From positions 1 through 64,000 of the IMG/VR virus record IMGVR_UViG_3300037423_001433: a DNA stretch of 64,000 bases; one strand, given 5' to 3'. Within the stretch, counting starts at the first letter, position 1. Every line of letters starts with the position of its first letter. Shown here piece by piece: positions 36,491-45,898 of this stretch. A program made the translations under genes and the position numbers. The DNA is from a virus. Its lineage: Duplodnaviria > Caudoviricetes. The notes below the pieces were generated by a model. That model did not search any database. It was not told the origin of the DNA and saw only the letters and a program-made list of their open reading frames with translations.

Positions 36491-39400
36491 TTAACCTCTT
36501 AACTTGCCAGCTCTATTTAATTTTTCAACCAATTGGGAGTTACCTTGCTGTACCATTGCTGAAACCATAGTTCTAATTTGAGCAGAATCTGAACGAGAGT
36601 CAATATGAATTGTCGGAGAATAATTTACTTGTGTTCCGCCCATCATATTAGCAATTTGGTCATTAGGAATGATAGTTCCGCTTTGCTTTGGAACAAAAAG
36701 CTCTGGGCCTTTTTCCCCAACAAGAGAGACTTTATTCATCGGAGGAGTACCACCTTCAGCATATTGGCCAAGCGACTCTCCATATCCAACAGAAGAGTTT
36801 CCTGCTAATCCCATCTCTTCACTTTCTGCAGTTTGTCCTGAATAAGATGAAACACTGTTTAGATTTACTCCAGTATAATATTGGGCGACAGCACCAAATA
36901 TAGAACTAAACATCCCGTTGTAGCTGGAGCCGCCACCACTATTAGGGGCTTCTGTGAAACCGGAACCTCCAAAAAGACTAGCTATTGCTTTCTTTGCAGC
37001 AATTCGAGCCAAATCCGCAATAATTGAATCTGCAAAACTTTTGAAGTCAGCTTTTCCTTTTGATAAAAAAGTGGTCAAAGTGTTTTCTGCAGAACTAAAA
37101 GCACTATTCAATGCTCCACCAATCAGGGTTGCATCATTTTGAGCTGATTGTGTGTACTTTAGCAAAGCATCTTGAGCGCCAGATAATGCACTTGTCTTAT
37201 TCAAATCATCTTGCATCTTCTTCACTTCAGCATCCGCTTGTGCAATTGCTTTAGTCTGTTCTGGAGTTGCGTTTTGAATTTGTTTTAATAAATCAAGTTT
37301 TTGACGCAGCAATGGAAGTTGTTGTTGCTCGTAGCTTTTTACTTCTCTATCCGCAATAACTTTAGCTAATATACCGCCTTGATCTGTGACATCTTGCAAT
37401 TCAGTGATATGAGCTTTTACATTGTCATATAAAGTTTTAAACTGTGCATCTGCTTCTTTGAATTGACCTTCAATTGTGTTGGCCTTCATTGTTTCTTGAA
37501 GCACACGCATTTTTTCAGTCAACTCTTGAACATACATATCCAACTCTTTGGTAGGAGCGACGCCCCCATCCATCTCTTGAGCCATCAACATACCCAAATT
37601 AAATGATTGTGCTGCAGCTTGTTTTTGCAACAAAGAGTTTTTCTCTGCTGCTGCTGCAACATACTGACCTTCACGCTCTAAAGTTTTAATGTGGTTTTGT
37701 TCATTCTCTTGATACAAACGAGATAATTCCACATTCACGTCTTGCTGAGCTTGAATCTGGGCTTGTTTGGCATTATCTTCTGCAGCTTGAATTTGATTGC
37801 CATAACGTTGTTGTGCTGCTTTTTTGTTCAAATCCCCAGTCGCCGTGTCAATCATCCTTTGATATGCAGCAGCTTCTTTATTGTAAGCTGCAACAGCTAC
37901 ATCAGCATTTGCTTTGATCATTTGAACACGATCAATTTCTCCAGCTTTGAACGCAGCATCATTCGCTGATTGTGCAGCCTTTAATTCACGCTTTGCTGCT
38001 TCTGCATCACTTTGAATTTGAGCAATAGCTTGATTATATGCGTCGTTTTCCGCTGCACGTTCTCCCGGAGTTTTCTTGTCCTTATATTTTTCACGGACAT
38101 TCTGAATCATTTTCAGACGATCTTCTTCAATCTTCGCAGTATCAACTCCGTAAAGAATGGCATCTTCTTTCAGCTTGCCATAAAGCATATTGACATTAGC
38201 TTCTTCTTCAGCGCGTTTTTCAGCATTAGTTGCAAATTGATTTTTTAGAATATCAATTTCTTTTTGAGCATTAGCGCTCTCTTTTCGGATACGTGCATCA
38301 TCAGCTTGTTTATCAGCTGCTTCTTGTTCTGCAGCCATCTTTTGGCGTAATTGCTCTACCAAAGATGCTTGAGCATCAATTTGATTTTGAAGATTTTTAT
38401 CTGTGCCTCCCATCAAATTGTCGCTTTTCATTTGCTCTTGCATAGCTTTTAAAGAAGCTTCTGCTTGAGTAAAATCGATCTGTGTGGACTTTTTACCAAT
38501 AGAGCTAATAGCATCAAACGTATCAGATACAGCGTTACTAACCGCTCTCCATCCTCTTGTCCAAATACTTAGTTCATTTACGTTTTGATCAATAACTGGA
38601 GTCAGTGCTTTGACTGCTTCAGCCATTGCTTCTTGTGATTTACCAGCTTTTTCCATCGTCACAATCAATTCATACTCTTTGGCATCCATTGTACCAATTG
38701 CTTGATTGTGTTCCAACGCCCACTTAGATGCGCCTTGTGCCAATCCATCATAAAACTTGAGTGTTTTATCTGTAGATTCGCCTGTCATTTCAGACATTTG
38801 AATGGCACCCTTACCGATAGCTTCAATTGTAGAGCGCGTGTAAAGACCATAAGAAGCTATATCTTCAAATGCGGCTCTAGCTGCATTTGTTGTTGTTCTA
38901 ACAGTGGTGTATTGGATAGATAACTGCTGAAGGCTTGCACTTGTCAGACCTGCAGAGTTACTAGTCATCTTTAAAGAATTATCAAAATCTCTTTGTTCTT
39001 GTGCACCTTCATTAACTAGATATGCAAAGCCTGCGAATACACCAACAACAGCCGCAATAGCTGCACCAATTCCAAGAATACTAACACCGGATGCTGCGGC
39101 TCTTTCGCCCAAAACCATGAAACTACCCGGAATGCGAGAAAAATTACCACTCAATGTTTCGTGAGCTAACACCATTAATTCACGTTTAGCACCAACCGTG
39201 CCTAAACCAATTTTTGCTAATGCGCCAACACCCTTTTCACCAGCATCATCTAAAGCTGCACCTAAGGACTTGGCTTGGGCAATCGTCTCTGCAGAATATC
39301 CACGGGAAGCAGCAACTGCAGCAGCTTTTTCTGCTGAATTAGCTTTAATTGTATCTACTTGCAATTGCAAAGTACGAAGATAATCAGCCTCATCTTTTGC

Positions 39401-39769
39401 GCGTGCTCTTGCAGCAGCATCCATTTGGTTATTCATACGAATAGCTTCTGCTTGAGCTGCAGCTAATGCTTTATACTCATCTACCTGTGCGCCTAATGCA
39501 GCAGATACATCAATAAATGCTTGATCTTGTGTTCTCAAAGACATCAAATAAGCATTAGATTGAGAAACATTCAGTCCCAACATATCTGCTTGTTGCATTT
39601 GTTTTGACAACAACTTGCTAGCAGCGTCAGCTGATTTTGTCGTAGCATCAGTTAAAGCTTTAGTGGAAGTCTCTGCTTTAGCAGAGTTGTCAGCAATGTT
39701 TTGAAGACCATCCGCAAGGTCTTCAATACCATCACTTTTTACTTGTACTGCTAAAGTTGAAATATCCAT
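36491..39769 (-). CDS. tape measure protein
   Basis: 1092-aa Ala-rich helical protein; lambda-type TMP motifs (RELMVLAHE, DFKSFADSIIADLARI, LVGEKGPELFVP). Confidence 0.93.
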   Translation of the reverse strand: MDISTLAVQVKSDGIEDLADGLQNIADNSAKAETSTKALTDATTKSADAASKLLSKQMQQADMLGLNVSQSNAYLMSLRTQDQAFIDVSAALGAQVDEYKALAAAQAEAIRMNNQMDAAARARAKDEADYLRTLQLQVDTIKANSAEKAAAVAASRGYSAETIAQAKSLGAALDDAGEKGVGALAKIGLGTVGAKRELMVLAHETLSGNFSRIPGSFMVLGERAAASGVSILGIGAAIAAVVGVFAGFAYLVNEGAQEQRDFDNSLKMTSNSAGLTSASLQQLSIQYTTVRTTTNAARAAFEDIASYGLYTRSTIEAIGKGAIQMSEMTGESTDKTLKFYDGLAQGASKWALEHNQAIGTMDAKEYELIVTMEKAGKSQEAMAEAVKALTPVIDQNVNELSIWTRGWRAVSNAVSDTFDAISSIGKKSTQIDFTQAEASLKAMQEQMKSDNLMGGTDKNLQNQIDAQASLVEQLRQKMAAEQEAADKQADDARIRKESANAQKEIDILKNQFATNAEKRAEEEANVNMLYGKLKEDAILYGVDTAKIEEDRLKMIQNVREKYKDKKTPGERAAENDAYNQAIAQIQSDAEAAKRELKAAQSANDAAFKAGEIDRVQMIKANADVAVAAYNKEAAAYQRMIDTATGDLNKKAAQQRYGNQIQAAEDNAKQAQIQAQQDVNVELSRLYQENEQNHIKTLEREGQYVAAAAEKNSLLQKQAAAQSFNLGMLMAQEMDGGVAPTKELDMYVQELTEKMRVLQETMKANTIEGQFKEADAQFKTLYDNVKAHITELQDVTDQGGILAKVIADREVKSYEQQQLPLLRQKLDLLKQIQNATPEQTKAIAQADAEVKKMQDDLNKTSALSGAQDALLKYTQSAQNDATLIGGALNSAFSSAENTLTTFLSKGKADFKSFADSIIADLARIAAKKAIASLFGGSGFTEAPNSGGGSSYNGMFSSIFGAVAQYYTGVNLNSVSSYSGQTAESEEMGLAGNSSVGYGESLGQYAEGGTPPMNKVSLVGEKGPELFVPKQSGTIIPNDQIANMMGGTQVNYSPTIHIDSRSDSAQIRTMVSAMVQQGNSQLVEKLNRAGKLRG

Positions 39770-40174
39770 TTATTTTTCCTGATTTTTTCTAATCGATTTA
39801 AATACTGACTTTGCTTGAACTAACACAGATGTTCTGTCAATCTCATCTGGCAATGCATAAGGCATTTTGGCATCTTTGCTTTTTGCTCGGTTAAATTCAC
39901 AAGCATAAGAATGACTCATCATCTTAAGAAGTTTCAATTCCCAGTTAGAAAGAGATTTATTAGTGAGATTGTACCAACTCTCCATCTCTTGCCAATTCAA
40001 TGGGGCTATACCTTCTGCTGTCTGCATAACCAAACCAAGTTCATGAAAAAATTCTATCAAATATTCCGCGCCTTCAATTGGAGGCAAATGAATTTTGTAA
40101 TCAGGGTCTTCTCCACGATACACCTCTAACCTGCTCTCATACTCTCCTTCTGGAGTAGCATGGAACCATGCCAA
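39770..40174 (-). CDS. tail assembly chaperone, C-terminal (frameshifted) part
   Basis: no good ATG; reached by a -1 shift from the upstream gene. Confidence 0.8.
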   Translation of the reverse strand: MAWFHATPEGEYESRLEVYRGEDPDYKIHLPPIEGAEYLIEFFHELGLVMQTAEGIAPLNWQEMESWYNLTNKSLSNWELKLLKMMSHSYACEFNRAKSKDAKMPYALPDEIDRTSVLVQAKSVFKSIRKNQEK

Positions 40175-40203
40175 TTGTCTGCAGTATAAAGTTAGGCTAG
40201 AGG

Positions 40204-40614
40204 TTATTGAGTCAAAAAAGCTGCAGGATCAATCAATGCTTCATCAACTTGGCGTTTGAACCAAAAATATTGTGGGTTATTATAAAGTTCGCGGAATGCA
40301 TCTGGATTATCTAAAGCTGCACCGTTATAAGTCAGGTTATTAACTTTAATGGAGCAGGCAACAAGCAAATCAATACTTTCTTGCTTAAGCTCATCAAATG
40401 TAGGGTCTGGTAATTTTTTTGTTTTACGTTTCAAATCCCTAGCACGCATCGCTGTAATAGCATTGATATATTGCTTAGACGAAGGGCCATACAATTCGAT
40501 TGTAACTGGTAGAGTGTTATCTGCATCCGCAAACAAGAACTCATTTGTTGCAGGATGACGCAATTGATACTCAGTTGTATCTTTCAGCGCAAGTGTGTTA
40601 AGATCAAAAGACAT
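40204..40614 (-). CDS. tail assembly chaperone
   Basis: between major tail and TMP; LYGPSSKQY, WFKRQVD. Confidence 0.85.
   Translation of the reverse strand: MSFDLNTLALKDTTEYQLRHPATNEFLFADADNTLPVTIELYGPSSKQYINAITAMRARDLKRKTKKLPDPTFDELKQESIDLLVACSIKVNNLTYNGAALDNPDAFRELYNNPQYFWFKRQVDEALIDPAAFLTQ
40213..40219 (-). promoter_or_regulatory. -1 ribosomal frameshift slippery site T TTT TTG
   Basis: GCT TTT TTG ACT CAA TAA; -1 frame is open as DSITSSLTLYCRQLAWFH into the downstream ORF. Confidence 0.8.
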
Positions 40615-40683
40615 GTGTAGTTTTCCTATTGGTAGATATATTATTAGATTTGTTCGTACCCTCTGCGTGGCTTAGAAACAAAC

Positions 40684-40708
40684 AAGGCTACCTTGTGAGT
40701 AGCCTTTG
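40684..40708 (-). terminator. hairpin terminator after major tail gene
   Basis: AAGGCTAC-7 nt-GTAGCCTT. Confidence 0.6.
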
Positions 40709-40752
40709 GAGAATCAAAATGTTATACAAATTGATTAAAACAGTTTATTATT

Positions 40753-41190
40753 TTAGACTTCGATTACGTCGCCATCAATAGCGATAGTAGCATCAGCACC
40801 AGTAATTTGGTCAACGTTACCGACTGCATTTACATACGACATCACTTTACCGCTAAAATATTCGTGAGTACCGTCTTGCAAAACAACTTTAAATGCATAA
40901 GAACTGTCAGATGCCAAAGCTGTAAGCATTTCTTGCTGGCCTGCGTCAGATGCCAATTTTGCCATTTTTAATTGCAATTGTCCGTTATCATACGAACCTT
41001 TGAATTTTTTAGTTTGACGTTGTGTCAGGGATGTATGTTTAACTTCAGTATATGTTTTACCAAAGCTACCCAAATCTGTAATCTCTGCTACTGCTGTCCA
41101 TGAAACTGCAGCAAAACCCGCTGCGTCGTAAGTTGCCGGATATGCACCAATCGATAGTGTTGTTCCTGCCGATGTCATTACATTAGACAT
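40753..41190 (-). CDS. major tail tube protein
   Basis: AGTTLSI, EITDLGSFG, KFKGSYDNG, YFSGKV; synteny. Confidence 0.88.
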   Translation of the reverse strand: MSNVMTSAGTTLSIGAYPATYDAAGFAAVSWTAVAEITDLGSFGKTYTEVKHTSLTQRQTKKFKGSYDNGQLQLKMAKLASDAGQQEMLTALASDSSYAFKVVLQDGTHEYFSGKVMSYVNAVGNVDQITGADATIAIDGDVIEV

Positions 41191-41224
41191 TTATTTTCCT
41201 TTTGTAATTAGTGTTATGATTGGA

Positions 41225-41572
41225 TTAAGCGAAAAGGTTATAAACCAATCCCGTACCACCAGTGATAGTAATTGTTCCCGACAAATATGCAGAAATTTTA
41301 TCCAAATTCAAAATCTTGCTTTGTCCTGCAGCAATTGTCATCGAGAAGCCTGCTGCCACAGAAATTGTGCCACCGTAGCCATCTGGAGAAATTGTTCCAG
41401 CTGTACTACCAATGATTGTCATTGTAATGGGGGAACCTGTTGGGTTATTTACATACAACATCTGTTTAGAACCAGAAGAATACGCAAATGTATCCGAAGA
41501 ACCACCTGTTGTACTTGTTAGTGTCACAGGGCCATTAACACCTGAAACAGTATTTTGTGCAATTGTTGCCAT
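41225..41572 (-). CDS. putative virion structural protein (small beta-sandwich)
   Basis: Thr/Gly-rich, LYVNNPTGSPITMTI; between terminator protein and tail tube. Confidence 0.7.
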   Translation of the reverse strand: MATIAQNTVSGVNGPVTLTSTTGGSSDTFAYSSGSKQMLYVNNPTGSPITMTIIGSTAGTISPDGYGGTISVAAGFSMTIAAGQSKILNLDKISAYLSGTITITGGTGLVYNLFA

Positions 41573-41623
41573 CTAATTTCCTTGTTAAGAAGACTGCCTT
41601 TCGGCCTGTACCCGATAGGGTGT

Positions 41624-42025
41624 TTATGAGTCGTAACGATATTTAACCGTAATAGGGACGTATCTACGACCTGAATTATCTACTATTGCGCGTCCTGAAT
41701 TTGGAGTTTGTTCTACGCTCACGGGAGAGTCTTTAGGAACAACAGGGTACAAAGCAATAATGTTTTGAACTAGATCATCAACTTGCTTCGAGCCAGAACC
41801 ATCAATAACCACTACATTTATTTGAAACAATCCAATTTGTCTTGTTCTGATACCACCTAAATTAGGATTTAAAGTTTTTGAGTTCATCAGAAAACATTCT
41901 AAATAAGGTGCATCATCAGGTTTTGTAAATGGAACTCCTTCAAAAGAAACAGCAATTGGAGGATTTTGTGCATCAGCGAAGTTTTTTAGTTTCGTTTCAA
42001 AATAACTTCTAATAATATTAGCCAT
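41624..42025 (-). CDS. tail terminator protein (DUF4128-like)
   Basis: likely start MANIIRSYFETK; FEGVPF, GLFQINV, VPITVKYR. Confidence 0.8.
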   Translation of the reverse strand: MANIIRSYFETKLKNFADAQNPPIAVSFEGVPFTKPDDAPYLECFLMNSKTLNPNLGGIRTRQIGLFQINVVVIDGSGSKQVDDLVQNIIALYPVVPKDSPVSVEQTPNSGRAIVDNSGRRYVPITVKYRYDS

Positions 42026-42458
42026 TACTTGTAGCCCTTTGTATTGATAAAAACACCATTCGATAAGGGCCAATCGCGCCTGTGTATCCGTCTTCTTTTC
42101 TCCATCCAATAGTCTCAGCAAGTTGAGCATATGGCACATTGTTTGTCAGAGTTAAAGAGCCGTCTTTACCCAAGAATTCTGTTGTTCCTTGGAGTTCATT
42201 CACACGCTCTATGCTTGCTGCACCTGTTGGGCTTGTGTCATCTGTCAATTCAGATGAAAAATCATTTCCAATGCTCGGATACCATTGATTAGATAGTAAG
42301 CCTTTAGCAAAGTTAGGATGATTTACGTTAAAAGTAGGGGAAGGGGTAGATTCAACAATATCAGTAAAAAGATTCACTGCTGTGGTTGTAACTTGGGTAT
42401 TGACATCTTCTAATATTTTCTGTATATTATTTTTTATACTGTCTGAAAATGTGCCCAT
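42018..42458 (-). CDS. tail completion / neck protein (HK97 gp10-like)
   Basis: G.LSNQW, LTNNVPYA..ETIG, PYRMV. Confidence 0.75.
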   Translation of the reverse strand: MGTFSDSIKNNIQKILEDVNTQVTTTAVNLFTDIVESTPSPTFNVNHPNFAKGLLSNQWYPSIGNDFSSELTDDTSPTGAASIERVNELQGTTEFLGKDGSLTLTNNVPYAQLAETIGWRKEDGYTGAIGPYRMVFLSIQRATSNG

Positions 42459-42475
42459 GAATTTTCTACTCTTTA

Positions 42476-42504
42476 ATTATAACACGAAAGTATCTATTTG
42501 TCAA
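42476..42504 (-). promoter_or_regulatory. sigma70 consensus promoter for tail genes
   Basis: TTGACA-17 nt-TATAAT on minus strand. Confidence 0.85.
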
Positions 42505-42511
42505 GTTATTT

Positions 42512-42910
42512 TTAACTTTGAGGTGGAGTTGGATTTTTAGATGACAAATATGTTTTTGCCAAATCAATCAGTTTATCCACTGTTTTAGTCCCTGCCCAAA
42601 CAAGCTGAAAAGAAATGTTCCAATAGAACAACTCTCTTAGTACTTTGACAAGACCATCCACATTATCTGTAGTACGAATTCCGTTCATTAACACATAGAC
42701 CAGCGCCCACGCACTAAAAACAAGAGAAATAGGGATTGCTGCACGAAGCCAGCTAACTTTGCCAGCATCATCCCTGAATGCATCTCCCCAATCGAAGTTA
42801 GCATCTTTTTGCTTAGAAAACATTGCCCAGAAGATACCAAGCAACAAAACAGCTAAAAGGAGTGCAGGAAAATCGATTTGAGAACAAATTTTTGTAATTG
42901 TGTCTAACAT
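42512..42910 (-). CDS. 2-3 TM membrane protein (holin-like topology)
   Basis: AAGGA RBS before ATG 42910; hydrophobic segments FPALLLAVLLLGIFWAMF and AAIPISLVFSAWALVYVLM. Confidence 0.7.
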   Translation of the reverse strand: MLDTITKICSQIDFPALLLAVLLLGIFWAMFSKQKDANFDWGDAFRDDAGKVSWLRAAIPISLVFSAWALVYVLMNGIRTTDNVDGLVKVLRELFYWNISFQLVWAGTKTVDKLIDLAKTYLSSKNPTPPQS

Positions 42911-42918
42911 ATTATTCC

Positions 42919-45096
42919 TTAGTATGGACTTGTATTTCCTAAATATTCCCAAATATATTTAGTCAGGCTCTTACCGCTTGCACAGAAACCTGATGTGTTG
43001 TGTCCACGGGTATAGATTGTGCATGAAGTGTTGTTTGCAGCTTCACATGTACCTGCCGTTGAAGTATCTGGGCCTTGGCATAGATCATCTTTAATAACAG
43101 CTTCATTAGGGAAAGGCCATAATGTAGTTCCTGTCAAACTCCCATTCACATATTTATTAACTATAGTAGCACCAATATTTCCGCTTGGATTTCCTGTATT
43201 ATATGCAGGCCCAGAAGTGATATCCGGTATCCATACAAAAGCAGGATCAGCATTGGTTGCATTTGGCATTACTGTATGAAGTGTGTTATTGCAATTCCAC
43301 CATAAATTTGCAGCTGTAGTAGGTGTGCCAGCGTACTGTTGGTTATAACATCCTGCAGATGTGTAACTACCCCCATCCACAAGCATATTTTTCATAGTGA
43401 CGGAATTATATGAATAAGAATCTAAACGCACTCCGTTACCATTTGAGCCATACACAGTGTTGTGATTTAATATAATATCGTGTGCGCTTCCTCTTGTGCT
43501 CGCTGTAGTATCAGCAGAAATCCACAAGCCACCCGCAGTACTTGAGTTAGAAACACCTATAACAGCATTATCATACGCTGTGAAAGTAGGTATAGTAGTA
43601 CCAGTTATGTCACTATACATTGAAGAGTGGGAGTCATAATAAAAACCGCCATTTCCACTTGTTGCTACTGTATTGATTGCAATATTGCCATACCAACTAA
43701 CTGTGCCAAGACCATATGGATAAGTGCTGTTTGTTACAGATGAAGTCGTAAATAACGGAGCATGCACATCTGCTGTACTGTCTGTTCCATTATCAAAATC
43801 TAATACAATACTGTTTTCTACAATAGAGTGATCTTCATCATATTGAACAATACCAGCTTTAGGTTGACCATCGGGAGCACCATCATAACGAGAGACACTT
43901 TCACGTACAATATTATTTACGCCACTATATAAAGCAAATGGATAACGTGCACCATAACCCCATGACCAGTCCCGTTCAAATACACAGCCATTGCAACGAT
44001 TAGAGCCTGCCCCAAATATGTTAGCTCCGCTCGAACCCGGCAACGAGTATCCTGCACCTGTGTCATGGATATAAATATTACTTGCACGAATATCTGCACT
44101 TGCTAATGTAGTACCTTGTGTGCAACCGCTTCCACCATTAGTGACTGTTGCAGTGCTAAGTGCTCCGCCACTTGTTGTAGTAATTGTATATTGTGCTCCA
44201 GTAATTCCACCACCCCAAATAGCTCCTAACCAAGAACTATTAGCTGAAAAACCACTACCTGCTTGTGCTATTGAAATACTACCAACTGCACCTCCAGAAC
44301 AAGTCACTGTTAATGCTGAACCTGTACCATTTGAGCTTCCATCAATATCAATTGGGCCTGAAGCAGAATGAATTGCTCTTAAATAACCAATTTCAATATT
44401 GCTACTACGCCAGATATAAATTGGAAGTTTAGTATATTGACCATCTATTGTGGCTGATGCAGTACCACTTGCACAACTTGGGGAACATAATGATCTTGTC
44501 CATCCAAAAAATCGAGTTGATTTTACTGATGTGCCTGAGACAAGATTGGTAGAGAATGATCCACCATTACCACCTAGTGATTGTCCTGCATAAGTGCCAT
44601 CATCAAAATATAGCGTATCCCCCGCAGACATCAATGGTAAAACATGATTTAATGTCGCAAATGGGCTTGTCCTGCTTCGTCCCGTGTTTGAATCACTGCC
44701 ACCGGGAGAAATCCACCATACATCAGAATCTTTTGGTGTGAATGTCGCCGCAGCATCTGTTGCTCCAGAAAATGTAAATGAACAATTACTTGCTGTTGAA
44801 GTACCTGTACACTTTGTTCCACCCCAATTATAAAGCTCACTTCCTGTGCCATGCACCGTGCTACTGGCATTTGATGATGCAGCTGTTGCTGTCAATGTTA
44901 CAGTAGCCCCATTACTAAATGATGCAGAGCATGTGCCGGGGCATGAAATACCTGCAGGACTAGATGTAATAGTTCCGTTCCCATTAACAGTAACTGTCAA
45001 TTGAGGAGCCGCAGGATTTATTAACCAAGGCATTACTAATGCTGATGTTATTGAGTAATAAAACATCAACAAGAAAGTGAGAATTATTTTTTTCAT
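42919..45096 (-). CDS. secreted protein: signal peptide, InlB-B-repeat-like Ig domain, right-handed beta-helix (pectin-lyase-like)
   Basis: MKKIILTFLLMFYYSITSA signal; LTVTVNGNGTITSSPAGISC...VTLTATA; WWISPGGSDSNTG...PFATL...GDTLYFDDGTY; many paired Cys. Confidence 0.75.
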   Translation of the reverse strand: MKKIILTFLLMFYYSITSALVMPWLINPAAPQLTVTVNGNGTITSSPAGISCPGTCSASFSNGATVTLTATAASSNASSTVHGTGSELYNWGGTKCTGTSTASNCSFTFSGATDAAATFTPKDSDVWWISPGGSDSNTGRSRTSPFATLNHVLPLMSAGDTLYFDDGTYAGQSLGGNGGSFSTNLVSGTSVKSTRFFGWTRSLCSPSCASGTASATIDGQYTKLPIYIWRSSNIEIGYLRAIHSASGPIDIDGSSNGTGSALTVTCSGGAVGSISIAQAGSGFSANSSWLGAIWGGGITGAQYTITTTSGGALSTATVTNGGSGCTQGTTLASADIRASNIYIHDTGAGYSLPGSSGANIFGAGSNRCNGCVFERDWSWGYGARYPFALYSGVNNIVRESVSRYDGAPDGQPKAGIVQYDEDHSIVENSIVLDFDNGTDSTADVHAPLFTTSSVTNSTYPYGLGTVSWYGNIAINTVATSGNGGFYYDSHSSMYSDITGTTIPTFTAYDNAVIGVSNSSTAGGLWISADTTASTRGSAHDIILNHNTVYGSNGNGVRLDSYSYNSVTMKNMLVDGGSYTSAGCYNQQYAGTPTTAANLWWNCNNTLHTVMPNATNADPAFVWIPDITSGPAYNTGNPSGNIGATIVNKYVNGSLTGTTLWPFPNEAVIKDDLCQGPDTSTAGTCEAANNTSCTIYTRGHNTSGFCASGKSLTKYIWEYLGNTSPY

Positions 45097-45097
45097 T

Positions 45098-45898
45098 CTA
45101 ATTAATTAGCCATATGCCGGGAACATAAGTTCCACCGCCGCCTCCACCACCGGCAGCACCTTTAATAACTACTGCTTCAACAACCGTGTGTTTTGATGTT
45201 GAATTTGTGATAGACGGCCAGCCTGCAGTAACACCACTCGAAGTTGCAGCCATCTGTTGACTAGCACTTGCAATTTGTGTAAAGCCTGTTTCATTATTGT
45301 TTGAAACACTTGCAGTAAATCCTGTTTGTGGTGTTCCAGCCGTAACTACAGATTGTGCACTTGAATCAAAATACTGAATCACGCAATCTGTTGCGACTGA
45401 TGTAGCAGCTGTAGTAATTGTATTGGTTGTTCCTGTTTGATCACCCGCAGCTGGAGGTGTGCCATCAAATATTGTTGTTCCATCCCAATTAGCAGCCGCT
45501 ATGTGATGATAAGCAATAACTACCGTGGTTCCAACACCATTTTTATTAACTGTAAGGGTTAGAGTTCCTGCAGCAGCACCAGTAGTAATTTTTGAAGTAT
45601 AAATAGCCAGCCCATGTGACGAAGTTGTGTAATAATCAACTTGTCTGGTATAAGTATTTCCTGCAGAATCCGTAATTCCACTGATTGCAGCAGGATCAGT
45701 ATTAAAATTGGCCAAACCAACAACAATCAAATCTCCAGCATTAACTGCATTTGTCAGAGGAGTCGTGCTAAAATTCGTCGTATTATCAGCTGCACCGGGG
45801 TCTGTTGCTGACCCCGTATTCGCGAATGTACATCCAGCAGCGTAGGAATTTACTATAAAAACAAATAGCAACAATAATGATAAAAGAATTTTTTTCAT
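45098..45898 (-). CDS. secreted Thr/Ala-rich beta-sandwich-like protein
   Basis: MKKILLSLLLLFVFIVNSYA signal; AGDLIVVG, ITDSAGNTY motifs; Gly6 linker before C-terminal tail. Confidence 0.75.
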   Translation of the reverse strand: MKKILLSLLLLFVFIVNSYAAGCTFANTGSATDPGAADNTTNFSTTPLTNAVNAGDLIVVGLANFNTDPAAISGITDSAGNTYTRQVDYYTTSSHGLAIYTSKITTGAAAGTLTLTVNKNGVGTTVVIAYHHIAAANWDGTTIFDGTPPAAGDQTGTTNTITTAATSVATDCVIQYFDSSAQSVVTAGTPQTGFTASVSNNNETGFTQIASASQQMAATSSGVTAGWPSITNSTSKHTVVEAVVIKGAAGGGGGGGTYVPGIWLIN

